Origin: an uncultured candidate division Zixibacteria bacterium
Lineage (GTDB): Bacteria > Zixibacteria > MSB-5A5 > RBG-16-43-9
Assembly (NCBI GenBank): GCA_963713865.1
Contig: OY970208.1
Location: 160,001-224,000, forward strand
Direction: 5' to 3'
Length of the DNA: 64,000 nt
Shown here piece by piece: positions 50,463-61,124 of this stretch. The notes under the pieces are model-generated. The model had not been told where the DNA came from. It did no database searches and worked only from the letters and a program-made list of their open reading frames with translations. Every line of letters begins with the position of its first letter. Positions within the stretch are counted from its first letter, which is position 1. The translations under genes and the position numbers were made by a program.

Positions 50463-50888
50463 TGCTTTCTCCTCTCCTTAAAGGACTTCCGACAATATAC
50501 TATGTTTTACACCACCAACACAACTGAGTTCCCACTTTTTTATTCGGGATGGAAAACACTTTGAGCGAAGTAGGTCAGGAATACAGGGTTTCAGAACCAC
50601 AACTATTATTTTTAATATAATCAGTTGCGAAACTCATCTCAAGGTGATACTTTGAATACATTTTAAAATCTGAGGTTTTGAGTTTGAGTATTAAAAGTTA
50701 AGTTCCTAAAACAAATGTTGACTTGATCCCTCAAGTAAAAACAATCGTTTTGAAAAAGAAATTTCCTTCTAAAAAAGTATAATTCCCGTAAATAAATATT
50801 GAAGGGAAAAATTTATTTAGAAAATTTAAGTTTTGCATTTCTATAACTAATTTTTCAAAAGTTTAAAAAATAACAAAAGGAGGTAAAA

Positions 50889-51365
50889 ATGCCAGCAGAA
50901 GAAAGAAAAAGCGAAATCGGAAAAGTCGCAAAAGAATTTACCTTAAAAGACCAGAATGGAAAAGATTTTAAGCTATCTTCATTCAGCGGAAAAAGAGTGC
51001 TTCTTTCTTTCCACCCTCTTGCCTGGACCGATGTATGTGCCAAACAGATGAAATCCCTGGAAGATAACCGGGAAATCTTGGGTTCATTGAATACCGTAGC
51101 CCTTGGTATTAGCGTTGATACGGTGCCATCCAAAAAAGCCTGGGCTAAAAGTCTGGGAATTGAAAATACCCCTCTGTTATCAGATTTCTGGCCCCACGGC
51201 GAGGTAGCAAAACTTTACGGGATTTTCCGGGAGAAAAATGGATTCTCCGAAAGGGTAAATATAATCATTGACGAAAACCAGAAAATCGTATTTTTCAGGG
51301 TTTATGAGATAAGCCAGCTCCCGGATATGAATGAGATCATAGATTTTATAAAAAATCTTAAGTGA
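50889..51365 (+). CDS. Peroxiredoxin (AhpE-like redoxin)
   Basis: FHPLAWTDVC (PxxxTxxC), GISVD, LLSDFWPHGEVA..YG. Confidence 0.9.
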   Translation: MPAEERKSEIGKVAKEFTLKDQNGKDFKLSSFSGKRVLLSFHPLAWTDVCAKQMKSLEDNREILGSLNTVALGISVDTVPSKKAWAKSLGIENTPLLSDFWPHGEVAKLYGIFREKNGFSERVNIIIDENQKIVFFRVYEISQLPDMNEIIDFIKNLK

Positions 51366-51515
51366 TATTGGAGTGTAAAACTTTAGTTTTACCGGTAAAC
51401 CTGAAGGTTTATACTCCTATGTTTGTTTTAAGTAGAGGCAGGGTATATGCCCTGCTTCAGCAGAGAACTTTTAAACCTTTGAGCTTTTCAATTCCCTTCT
51501 AATTTTCAAGTATTG

Positions 51516-52673
51516 ATGAAAACCATAAATTTCATCTTCTTTTTTACTATTGTCTTGGCAGTCTACGGACTGGTCAATTATTATATTTTCATCCGGGGAT
51601 GGCAGTCAATACCCCCGGGTTCTCCTCTAAGAGCATATTATCTGATATTATTCTTGATTTTCGCTTCCTCTTTTATAGCTGGCAGGATATTGGAAAGATT
51701 CTGGCTTTCCATACCCAGTAATGTATTGATATGGATAGGCTCTTTCTGGCTGGCTGCAATGTTATACTTTTTCCTGATTATCCTGTTATTAGATTTTTTA
51801 AGACTGATCAACCACTGGCTTCCGTTTTTCCCCTCTTTCATAACCGGAGATTATGTAAGAGCAAAACAGATGATAACTCTTGTATCTATAGGGATTGTTT
51901 CGATTCTACTCACTGCAGGATATATAAACTCGCTAAACCCCCGCATAAAAACACTTTATTTGACTATCCCCAAGCCAGTTGATATTCCAACATCCGTAAA
52001 CCTCGTGATTGCATCAGACATCCATCTCGGGACCCTTATAAGTAACTCAAGATTTAATCAGATAGTTGACCGCATAAACCGGCTTAAGCCTGACATTGTC
52101 CTTTTGCCCGGAGATATCGTGGATGAGGACTTGGCTCCAGTCATAAAATATAACCTGGGCCAGGCACTCAGGAACATAAAATCGACATTCGGAGTCATTG
52201 CCATCACCGGCAATCATGAATATATCGGAGGAGTTGAAAAAGCGTGTAAATATCTGGAAGACCACAATGTAACGGTCTTGAGGGATAGTGCTATAAAAAT
52301 CAACAACAGCTTTTATATTATAGGCAGAGAAGATAGAAGTATAAAAAGCTTTACAGGTAAAATAAGAAAACCACTGAAAGAATTACTGACCAAAGTCGAT
52401 AAGAGTTATCCTCTCATCTTATTGGACCATCAGCCCTTTAATCTGGAGCAAGCAGTCGAAAACGGCATAGACCTTCAGATTTCAGGCCATACCCATCATG
52501 GCCAGCTCTGGCCCTTTAATTATATCACCAATATGATTTACGAGGTAAGCTGGGGATACAAAAAGAAAGAAAATACGCAGGTGTATGTCTCTTCCGGCGT
52601 TGGCACCTGGGGTCCCCCAGTGCGCCTGGGCAACAGACCGGAAATAGTGAATATAAAATTGAGTTTTAAGTAG
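51516..52673 (+). CDS. Membrane-bound metallophosphoesterase (YkuE-like)
   Basis: SDIHLG, GDIVD, GNHE, LLDHQP, SGHTHHGQ. Confidence 0.93.
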   Translation: MKTINFIFFFTIVLAVYGLVNYYIFIRGWQSIPPGSPLRAYYLILFLIFASSFIAGRILERFWLSIPSNVLIWIGSFWLAAMLYFFLIILLLDFLRLINHWLPFFPSFITGDYVRAKQMITLVSIGIVSILLTAGYINSLNPRIKTLYLTIPKPVDIPTSVNLVIASDIHLGTLISNSRFNQIVDRINRLKPDIVLLPGDIVDEDLAPVIKYNLGQALRNIKSTFGVIAITGNHEYIGGVEKACKYLEDHNVTVLRDSAIKINNSFYIIGREDRSIKSFTGKIRKPLKELLTKVDKSYPLILLDHQPFNLEQAVENGIDLQISGHTHHGQLWPFNYITNMIYEVSWGYKKKENTQVYVSSGVGTWGPPVRLGNRPEIVNIKLSFK

Positions 52674-52809
52674 ATTATTGTGGGGATAGAATCCGCCTCA
52701 GGCGGATTCTGTCCCTTTACTTTCTATCACATGAATCCTAAAGTTTGGTCATTCCTCTTTTATTTAAAGGAGAGGGACTAAGGGTGAGGTTCTCCTTTGA
52801 ACTTTTTTA

Positions 52810-53283
52810 TTATTGTATTACCCTTCTCCCCCCTAAATATCTTTTCGCATAATATTTTTCTTCCAGGGAAGAGATGATCACCCCCTGGGAGGAAGAGGAA
52901 TGGACAAACCGGTTATCCCCGATATAGATTCCCACATGGAAAGGGGTAAAACCATCCTCAGTGAAAAAAACTAAATCGCCAAAGGAAAGATTCTCCCTGT
53001 CGACTTTCTTCACTATTTTGTAAAGATTTTCAGTATTTGAGGGCAGAGAAATTCCTGAATATCTGCGATAAACCTCATGCACTAAAGCTGAGCAATCGTA
53101 TTTGGAATAAGGCTCCCCTAAATATGATTCTATTATCCGCGTCATCTTGACTTTATCGATTTTCGTCTCCGGAGGAGTATAAACAGAAGGATGAGTGGTA
53201 TATCTGGGATAAGATACACAGCTAACCAGTAAAAAGAAAAACAGGGAGAGGTAACTTATTTTTTTGATTAAATTTAATTTCAT
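52810..53283 (-). CDS. NlpC/P60 (C40) peptidoglycan endopeptidase, lipoprotein
   Basis: Lipobox LVSC, DCSA, GDLVFF, HVGIY, FVHSS. Confidence 0.92.
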   Translation of the reverse strand: MKLNLIKKISYLSLFFFLLVSCVSYPRYTTHPSVYTPPETKIDKVKMTRIIESYLGEPYSKYDCSALVHEVYRRYSGISLPSNTENLYKIVKKVDRENLSFGDLVFFTEDGFTPFHVGIYIGDNRFVHSSSSQGVIISSLEEKYYAKRYLGGRRVIQ

Positions 53284-53460
53284 CTACGACCTGTTAGAAT
53301 TCTAATTCGTATCACTGCGAATTCACCGGCGGGGACAAACCCCGCCCCTGCATTTTTTTGTGTGGGAATTGGATTTTTCCGCTTATAGCGGAATCCTGGT
53401 GACCCGCACATCATAGTTTCTATCTTATCGGATATAGAACCCAATACTATATATAACATA

Positions 53461-54783
53461 CTAATCTCCATTCAGACCCGTTTCAGATAACATTTTCTCA
53501 AATTTTGATACACATTTCCCGTCCCTATCGTATCTGGAAAGGTATTTTATGAAATCCTCATAGTATAAAATTTTCCCTTTGAAATCCTTATAAATTTCCC
53601 TGATCAGTTTATTCCAGTTTTCATCCCCGATCTCTCTGCGCACTTTGTCCAGGACATAAGGGCCTTTTCCGTAAATGACCGCACCCTTTTCCTTTGTATT
53701 CAGAAAATCGACTTTGATTATCGGTATATCCTTGTCTGTGCCGGCAAATTCTTTATATGTATCCAGTCCCTGATTTAATCCGGTGATAAAAGCATCTTCT
53801 CCTTTTGTTTGCTCAAGATAGATAAGCCTTAAATAATGCGGTAAGGATAACAGGAAAAACCAGAATCCTTTTCCATAAAGTTTAAAAAATACCCCGGCCG
53901 CAGTCCATTGAGCTGCGATGGATAAATGAAGATTATCGTAATAACCCTGCTTGAACGCCTGGATGAACGTCGAGCCGATCATAAGAAGACCGGTTGCGAT
54001 ATTCGTTCCCTCCATTTCGGGAATCTCAACCAGGGTCAGGCGATTATGCGGGTATTCTCCGATATATTCATTATAGAACTTTAGAGCGGCACAGGCTTCG
54101 GAAATAATTTTTTCCCTTTCCACTTTATCGACTGTAGCAGAATAAAGATAGACCTCTTTTCCACCGCATTTTTTAAAAGTCTCATTATACACACCTGTTT
54201 TTGCAATGACCAGAGGCAGTTTGAATACCGGAATTTTGCTCTCGTAGGTAAATTGGGAATGCTCAGGCGAGGTTTTCTTTTCAATCAAATCTCCTGCGGA
54301 AAAAACAATATAACCAGGCGGTACTTCCGCCCTAAGCTTGAACCTAAAAATATTATCCATGATGAGAGGATACCAGCGATTCCCCCGGTCAAAAATCATC
54401 AGACTGTCTTTCAATCCACCAGACGGAAAAGAATACTCAAAATCTATTTTAAAATCACGGCTTAGCCTCAATGCAGGTGGGATGGTTAAGCTTAAAGTAT
54501 CTTTACCCGTGAATTTATAAGAAAGATCAATCCAGCCACCTTTTGTTTTAGATTTCACCGACTTTATTTCTGCATTTGAACTCAGTATCAAATCGATTGT
54601 ATTAAAGGTATCAGCCCTGTGAAGCGTTAATCCAGCCCTGACCAGTAACTGACTATCGGGCAAATCTAAATTTACCGTAACTTCAGAGGAAGTTATCTCT
54701 ATCCGGGAAGTTTGACAAAACCCATTCTGCCCGATAAATAGGTACAAAATACATATCAATATTATTGAATTAAAATTGCGCAT
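53461..54783 (-). CDS. Secreted M1-aminopeptidase-like protein lacking HEXXH
   Basis: WYP, GEYP..L..VE, IYGKG..VL..R..IGDE; HLSIAAQW occupies the expected HExxHQW position. Confidence 0.75.
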   Translation of the reverse strand: MRNFNSIILICILYLFIGQNGFCQTSRIEITSSEVTVNLDLPDSQLLVRAGLTLHRADTFNTIDLILSSNAEIKSVKSKTKGGWIDLSYKFTGKDTLSLTIPPALRLSRDFKIDFEYSFPSGGLKDSLMIFDRGNRWYPLIMDNIFRFKLRAEVPPGYIVFSAGDLIEKKTSPEHSQFTYESKIPVFKLPLVIAKTGVYNETFKKCGGKEVYLYSATVDKVEREKIISEACAALKFYNEYIGEYPHNRLTLVEIPEMEGTNIATGLLMIGSTFIQAFKQGYYDNLHLSIAAQWTAAGVFFKLYGKGFWFFLLSLPHYLRLIYLEQTKGEDAFITGLNQGLDTYKEFAGTDKDIPIIKVDFLNTKEKGAVIYGKGPYVLDKVRREIGDENWNKLIREIYKDFKGKILYYEDFIKYLSRYDRDGKCVSKFEKMLSETGLNGD

Positions 54784-54862
54784 ATTTCCTCCATTGTAAC
54801 ACGACCTTTCCAGGGTCGCCCGCGAGGGCGGGGACAAGCCCCGTCCCTGCGCGATTAGGCAG

Positions 54863-55480
54863 CTAATCTGTTAATTTAACACTTATCGCCACACCATCAC
54901 CAATCGGTAATATGGTGCTGAACAAACGCTTATCCGAAAATATTTGCTGGTTGTATTTATGGATTGGCTCACTGAGTTCTTCTCCAATCCCCATAGGTTT
55001 AAATAACGCATCATCCGCTATAATCAATCCATTCTTTCTGGTTATTTCAATACATCGATCTAACATCTGGGAATATAACTTCTTATCAGAATCCTGAAGT
55101 ATCAAATCAAAAGGTCCTTTAATCTGATCGATGATTATATTCGCATCACCCCATATCAAATCAACAAACTCAGATAACTCTGTTTCCACAATATTTTTTC
55201 TGGTTATCTCTAAAAATTCTTTTTTCTGCTCGATAGATATCAACTTACCACCTGTAGTACGAAGTGCTTCTGCCAGCCAAACCGTGGAATAACCCAGGCA
55301 GGTGCCAAATTCCAGTACCCTTTTAGCCTGTATCATTTGAATTAGTAAACTTAAAAGCCTGCCAGCCTGTAATCCGATATTAGGGCTGGTATCGTTCCTT
55401 GTATTCTGCTGATGAATAATTTTAACTAATTGCTCATTGCCTGCAGGGATTAAGCTCTCTATATATTCTATTATACTCAT
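54863..55480 (-). CDS. O-methyltransferase (methyltransferase_3 / caffeoyl-CoA type)
   Basis: VLEFGTCLGYS, FDLILQDSDK..Y, GLIIADD, LPIGDG. Confidence 0.9.
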   Translation of the reverse strand: MSIIEYIESLIPAGNEQLVKIIHQQNTRNDTSPNIGLQAGRLLSLLIQMIQAKRVLEFGTCLGYSTVWLAEALRTTGGKLISIEQKKEFLEITRKNIVETELSEFVDLIWGDANIIIDQIKGPFDLILQDSDKKLYSQMLDRCIEITRKNGLIIADDALFKPMGIGEELSEPIHKYNQQIFSDKRLFSTILPIGDGVAISVKLTD

Positions 55481-55605
55481 TTTAAAACTCCTTCATTGCT
55501 TTTCGTAGAACAACTCTTTCAGGTTCACTTTACGGTTTTGCGCAGGGACAGAATCACGCCTGAGGCGGATTCTGTCCTTGCACCTCGCAAGGCTGAAACC
55601 TTGCC

Positions 55606-56844
55606 CTACATTCTTATTTGTATATTTTCCATCTTCCTTGTTCCTTCGGAGAGGCCAAAATAAAAAACAACTCCGGCTACAATTGCCAGAATTGCACCAA
55701 AGGAAAAAGCCACAGCTGCACCAAAACCCTGCCAGAGGAAACCCATAATCAAGCTGGCAGGCAGAGCACATAATCCCACTGCCCCATGATAGAACCCATA
55801 AGCAGTTCCTCTTTTATCCTTATCCTTCACCATATCAGCTACAAAAGCCCGCAGGGCTCCGTCTGAGATACCATAATAAACTCCATATAAAGCAAAAAGT
55901 CCCCAGATATGCAAAGCCTGAGTGGCAAAAGCAAAACCTAAATAAGCTAACCCATAGACTGTAAACCCAATGAGAATAACTTTTTTTCTGCCAATCCTGT
56001 CTGATAAAATCCCGGCGGGAATAGAAGATAAAGTATACACCAGATTGAAAAAACCCCAGAGCAAAGGGATAAGAATTAAATTCACCCCTAAGCCTTTGGC
56101 TCTCAAGAATAAAAAGGCATCACTGGAATTACCCAGGGTGAAAATCGCCACTATCAGAATGAAAATTTTGAACTTATTATCAAATTCAATGCCCTTTTTC
56201 CTTTCTGAAATAACACTTTCTTTTTTTCTGATTTTTATCTCCTTAACCCACAGAAACAAAACCAAAACCGAGAAAAAAGCTGGGATTGAGGCTAATAAAA
56301 AAAGATGCCTGTAGTTTTTATTTAAAAGGGGTAAAAAAAGAAATGCTAAAAGTGGACCAAAGATTGCCCCGGCAGAATCCATGGCCCGGTGAAGTCCAAA
56401 AGAAGTTCCCCGTCTTCTTTCGTCAGAAGATTCAGCGATTAAAGCATCCCGGGGAGAGGTCCGCACCCCCTTTCCCACGCGATCCCCAAACCTTAAGAAA
56501 AGAACCTGCAAGCCAGAAGTAACTAAAGCTAAAAGTGGCTTGCTAATTGAGGAAAGTGAATATCCCAGGATAACTATCGGCTTTCTTTTTCCGATCTTAT
56601 CTGAAAACCATCCCGAGAAAATTTTAAATAGACTGGCAGTGCTCTCTGCCACTCCTTCGATTAATCCCACAACGACCTTGCTGGAATGGAGTACCTCAGT
56701 CAGAAATACCGGTAATAAAGGATAAACCATATCTGAGGAGATATCAGTGAGAAAACTTACCAAGCCTAAGAAGAAGATATTCTTCTTTATTCCGAAAAAA
56801 AGGCTCTCGTTCCTGCTTTTGTCTTCTTTATTTTCCTTATCCAT
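55606..56844 (-). CDS. MFS transporter
   Basis: DISSDMVYPLLP, SDKIGKRK, DRVGKGVRTSPRDA, SDRIGRKK; 12 TM helices. Confidence 0.93.
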   Translation of the reverse strand: MDKENKEDKSRNESLFFGIKKNIFFLGLVSFLTDISSDMVYPLLPVFLTEVLHSSKVVVGLIEGVAESTASLFKIFSGWFSDKIGKRKPIVILGYSLSSISKPLLALVTSGLQVLFLRFGDRVGKGVRTSPRDALIAESSDERRRGTSFGLHRAMDSAGAIFGPLLAFLFLPLLNKNYRHLFLLASIPAFFSVLVLFLWVKEIKIRKKESVISERKKGIEFDNKFKIFILIVAIFTLGNSSDAFLFLRAKGLGVNLILIPLLWGFFNLVYTLSSIPAGILSDRIGRKKVILIGFTVYGLAYLGFAFATQALHIWGLFALYGVYYGISDGALRAFVADMVKDKDKRGTAYGFYHGAVGLCALPASLIMGFLWQGFGAAVAFSFGAILAIVAGVVFYFGLSEGTRKMENIQIRM

Positions 56845-57189
56845 AAAATTTATATTCAATCCTAAAACAGATTTAAAGACAGTATATATTTATCCTTTTA
56901 AACCGTCAAGGATTTTGTAATTTGGAAATCTCTGAAAAGTATCATAACGGGTGATTCGGGAGTAACCTTGCCTAACTGGAGATCCGAATGGATTCTCTTG
57001 ATTTTCAAGGGGTTAGGGTAAACCATAATCCCTGAGAACTTATATACTCAAGTATTTTAGTCTATTGTTCGACTTTATAAAGAGAAACCAGATAAAATTT
57101 ACTTGACAAATCGAGAAATTTTAGTAAATTAAAGTTGCTTTAGTTTGTTATTTGTTTCAGAACATCAATTAAAAGATCGGAGGAGGAAG

Positions 57190-59967
57190 ATGATTAAATC
57201 AAAGTTAGTTTTAGCATTGTTGATTGCGATATTGATTTTATTTTTCGCAAAACCGCTTTTATCTGAGAACAGCTACAAAGTCCAGTATAAAGCTGAATTC
57301 TCAAAAGAAAACTTTTCATTTGATAAACTGAAGGGGTATGATAGAATAAGGTTTAAAGAGGGGACCTATCTGACTGATGTTGCCAAACCAATGCTGCCAT
57401 CCAGAGAAATCCAGATAGCCATTCCAGCCGGGATGAAGGTCACAAATGTTTATGCTTCGGATACTAAAAGTGAGGAAATCTTTGGTGAATATAATATCTT
57501 TCCTGCTCAACCACCAGCAAGAACAAGCCTTTCAGAGGATGAAATTAAGTTTGTGGAACCAGACATAGAGACATATAGATCAACCCAGCCCTATCCTTCA
57601 AAATTGGTGGAGTTCATTCGACAGAGCGATTTAGCCGGTCAAAGTATAGCCTATTTCAGGCTTTACCCTCTACAGTATGTCCCTGGAGAAAAAAGGTTAG
57701 AACTTTACACTTCAATCTCTGTTGTTCTGGAAGGCACTCCTGGATACGAATGTGGTGATTACCTCTCACCTAATATCACTGAGGAAGATAGAGAAATCTA
57801 TGAGGAGATGGTCAAAGAGATAGTGGTAAACCCTGAGGAGGTTCAGTTAAGCACCGGAATGAAGTTGGGCAAAATAACTGCCCTTCCCCCTGGTTCCTAT
57901 CAGCATGTGATCATCACCCATTCTTTGTATGCTTCAGCTTTTCAGCCCTTAGTTGAGTGGCACACCAAAAAGGGGGTAAAAGATACAGTGGTTTGTACCT
58001 CTGATATCTATGCCAATTACAGTGGAGCAACCAACCAGGAAAAGATACGCAACTTCATTATCGATGCCCATTCAACCTGGGGAGCAATTTATTACCTTTT
58101 GGGAGGCGAAGATGGTTCTGTGCCCTTTGAATTCAGAACCTATTATAGTGAAAGCGCACCCAGTGATCAATATTATTCTGACTATGACGATGACTGGACG
58201 CATGAGGTCTTTGTAGGCAGAATCCCCGCAGGAAGCTCGAATTCGGTTACGACCTTCGTCAACAAAGTTCTAAAATATGAGACTGACCCTCCTCGAACAG
58301 ACTACCCTCTGGATGTTCTGTTAGTAGGAATGGATCTGGATGCAAGCACGCCAGAGGAGGAATTGAAGGAATCTATTGCTTCCTATATTCCTGCAAGGTT
58401 TAATATAACCAAAGTGTATGATAGCTATTCTGGTAACCACAAAACCGACGTTATCAACGCTCTTAATGCTGGTCAAAACCTGGTGAATCATGCAGACCAT
58501 TCCAACATCACTGTCATGGGTACAGGATACTTTAACCACAACCTGGATATCAATCAAACCAATGTGAATGCACTAACCAATGACAATCAGATGTCCATCA
58601 TAGTTTCCACTGGTTGCGACCCAAATGCAATGGATGCCACCGACTGCATTGCTGAGACCTTTGTCGAATCCAATCCATATCAAGCTGGAGTAGCTTTTAA
58701 CGGCAACACTCGCAGTGGTTGGTATAGCCCAGGTGAACCGAGCAGCCTCTCCAGTATATTGGATATGCAGTGGTGGGCGGCGCTTTTTATACGCAATAAA
58801 TATAACCTCGGTCAAACTTTAGTAGATAGTAAGCATAATTTTTACACTTCTACTGATATACAGAAACAATGTGAATGGGTCTTCAACCTTCTGGGAGAGC
58901 CGGAGATGCCAATCTGGACAGATGAGCCGGATAGTTTTGCAGTTACCTTCTCTTCCTTGCTTCCAGTTGGATCTTCCTCCTTTCTGGTCCATGTTGAGGA
59001 TTCTACTACACATACCGCCGTGTCTCAGGCTTACATCTGTTTATGGAAAGGAAACGAAGTCTATCTCACCGGATACACCAACACACTCGGTAATATAACT
59101 TTCAATCCTTCACCAGCTACCCAGGGAACGATGTATGTAACTGTAACCAAGCACAATTATCTTCCCTACGAAGGTCAAGCCAGCGTAGCCAGTCCGGTCC
59201 TTACCACTCAAAAGGCAACAGATATAGAAGAGACTAATGCAACCCTCCATGGCCGTTTGGATAATGATTTTGGATATGAAACAACTTGCTGGCTTTTCTG
59301 GGACACAGACGCTGGTGAACCATATTCCTACAGCGAATCCATAGGAGTATTTACCAACGGTTCAGAGTTCAGCAATGACCTCACCAGTCTGACAGAAGGA
59401 ACCCTTTATTATTACACCGCTAAAGGATTTAATATCGTAGGCTGGGGCAGTGGAGCAGAACTTAAATTTTTGACCAAACCAATCCCACCAACTGATCTTT
59501 CTCCAGATTCAATCACTTCCTGTTCTATAAAGCTTCTCTGGAATAAACATACCTCGGCTGATAAAACGATCATCGAAAGAAATGATACTCTGGTCTGGGC
59601 AAGAGGAGAAGGGACAGTAATCTACAACGATACCGGTTCAAACTGTAAAGATACCGGGCTGGCACCTTTAACTCAATACTATTATCAAGCCTGGTCATAT
59701 AGCGAAGAAGGAGAGTTGTATCAATACAGCGATGATTTTGATACCTCAAATACAATCACACTTTTCAAACATGGCGATGTTAATGCAGATAGGGCGATAA
59801 CTGTGTCAGATGTGATATTTCTGATTAACTATCTCTTTAAGGGAGGACCTGAGCCACAACCAATGCAGGCAGGAGATGCTAATTGTGACGGTAAAGTTAC
59901 TGTTGGCGATGTAGTCTATTTAATCAATTATCTTTTCAAAGGTGGACCGCAACCACCAGTTTGCTGA
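57190..59967 (+). CDS. Secreted C25 (gingipain-like) cysteine peptidase with propeptide, FN3-like region and dockerin-type tail
   Basis: VGRIP, NHADH (His), TGC (Cys), NLLGEP, C-terminal GDVNAD..SDVIFLINYLFKGGP twice; AGGAGG SD before ATG 57190. Confidence 0.9.
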   Translation: MIKSKLVLALLIAILILFFAKPLLSENSYKVQYKAEFSKENFSFDKLKGYDRIRFKEGTYLTDVAKPMLPSREIQIAIPAGMKVTNVYASDTKSEEIFGEYNIFPAQPPARTSLSEDEIKFVEPDIETYRSTQPYPSKLVEFIRQSDLAGQSIAYFRLYPLQYVPGEKRLELYTSISVVLEGTPGYECGDYLSPNITEEDREIYEEMVKEIVVNPEEVQLSTGMKLGKITALPPGSYQHVIITHSLYASAFQPLVEWHTKKGVKDTVVCTSDIYANYSGATNQEKIRNFIIDAHSTWGAIYYLLGGEDGSVPFEFRTYYSESAPSDQYYSDYDDDWTHEVFVGRIPAGSSNSVTTFVNKVLKYETDPPRTDYPLDVLLVGMDLDASTPEEELKESIASYIPARFNITKVYDSYSGNHKTDVINALNAGQNLVNHADHSNITVMGTGYFNHNLDINQTNVNALTNDNQMSIIVSTGCDPNAMDATDCIAETFVESNPYQAGVAFNGNTRSGWYSPGEPSSLSSILDMQWWAALFIRNKYNLGQTLVDSKHNFYTSTDIQKQCEWVFNLLGEPEMPIWTDEPDSFAVTFSSLLPVGSSSFLVHVEDSTTHTAVSQAYICLWKGNEVYLTGYTNTLGNITFNPSPATQGTMYVTVTKHNYLPYEGQASVASPVLTTQKATDIEETNATLHGRLDNDFGYETTCWLFWDTDAGEPYSYSESIGVFTNGSEFSNDLTSLTEGTLYYYTAKGFNIVGWGSGAELKFLTKPIPPTDLSPDSITSCSIKLLWNKHTSADKTIIERNDTLVWARGEGTVIYNDTGSNCKDTGLAPLTQYYYQAWSYSEEGELYQYSDDFDTSNTITLFKHGDVNADRAITVSDVIFLINYLFKGGPEPQPMQAGDANCDGKVTVGDVVYLINYLFKGGPQPPVC

Positions 59968-60157
59968 AAAAAGCAATTTATAGCTTGAGTTCTACCGGGG
60001 CACGTAATAACGTGCCCCTTTGTTGTAACATTCTTATGGTCCAGCTTGATGCGGATCCTTTTTAATCCTGCCCTTTAAAATGGCGAGTAAAATAATAGGG
60101 ACAATTTGTGAATTGTCCCTATTATTTCTTTTGATTTTGAAAAATTAAGACTTCGAC

Positions 60158-60718
60158 CTACTTCAGAAACGAAATCTTCCCCTTGGTGTTATCAAACCCC
60201 GGATAAATCGACTGGGCGACTTTATCTTGAGCCTTCACTAACTGCAGGACGTTAGATGGGGGGAATAAAGTAGTATCCAGAGTTACGCTTCCTTCACCTG
60301 ATCCCTTTTTCAGAGTAAAATAAAGCCGGGCGATCTCATTATTCCCCTTGGATAGATAAATATCCGCTGCCGAAATAGTGCTGATTAAAGCGATAAGCAC
60401 CCTCTGAGTTTTCGCATCGATGTTAGGATTCTTTAAGGCAAATTTATCCACCGGGGTGTTGGTAAAACCAATAGAATCCAGAGAAATGGGGCTTTTACCG
60501 GTACCGTATTTTAAGGGCACAACAATGGCTGTGATGTTCTCATCATTCAACAGGCTCACTTTAGCCACAACCTTGTCACTCCCTGGTTTCTGGTCAACTA
60601 CCACACTCACCATATCCAGTTTACCAAATGGGTCATTCGCTTTGTCCGACCAGACGATGGAGAAAGACGTGAGGAGTAGCAGAATCGCAAGATAAAGGGT
60701 TATATACGTTTTTTTCAT
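60158..60718 (-). CDS. Secreted cohesin-like beta-sandwich protein
   Basis: Signal peptide; beta-rich pattern VSLLNDENITAIVVPLKY..LDSIGF..IARLYFTL..LDTT..PP. Confidence 0.6.
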   Translation of the reverse strand: MKKTYITLYLAILLLLTSFSIVWSDKANDPFGKLDMVSVVVDQKPGSDKVVAKVSLLNDENITAIVVPLKYGTGKSPISLDSIGFTNTPVDKFALKNPNIDAKTQRVLIALISTISAADIYLSKGNNEIARLYFTLKKGSGEGSVTLDTTLFPPSNVLQLVKAQDKVAQSIYPGFDNTKGKISFLK

Positions 60719-61124
60719 CCCTTCCCTCCTTAGCATTATGATTAGAGCTTAAGTTCAATTATCATTCCAGCCTTTAGAAGCTCACAAAGATTTATTTTAA
60801 GAAATCTGCGGGGCTTCCCTGCCCCTCAAAGCTGGTCTTCCCCTTCTAAATCGTTCGCTTTTTTGCGAAGATTTTATTTTTAATGAATTGACCTTTCTTG
60901 AGTACACCTCCTTGTTTCAAGTTACTTAATTTTTTTCAATCGGCTTATCTGGGCTATCATATATAATTTTCGTCAGAAATCATATAATCTTTAGGCAGGC
61001 AATTCCTTGCATCCTAAAGCTCTTTTTTATATTAACTTTTATAACATTTCCGCTTGGAACAGCTTAGCCCTCTAACGAACCCTGCAAACTCAGTCTCTTT
61101 TTTAATTCGTTTTATTCAAATCGC

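Noticed and set aside
37964-54865. Integron attC remnants (GCCTAAC/GCCTAAT just after the ubiE-like and O-methyltransferase stops)
   Set aside because: No matching GTTRRRY partner with attC-like pairing and no integrase in the window.
60740-61100. Shared ncRNA between this intergenic region and 48620-48860 (both contain GAACGATTT(T)AGAA)
   Set aside because: The match is short and AT-rich, with no convincing shared structure by eye.
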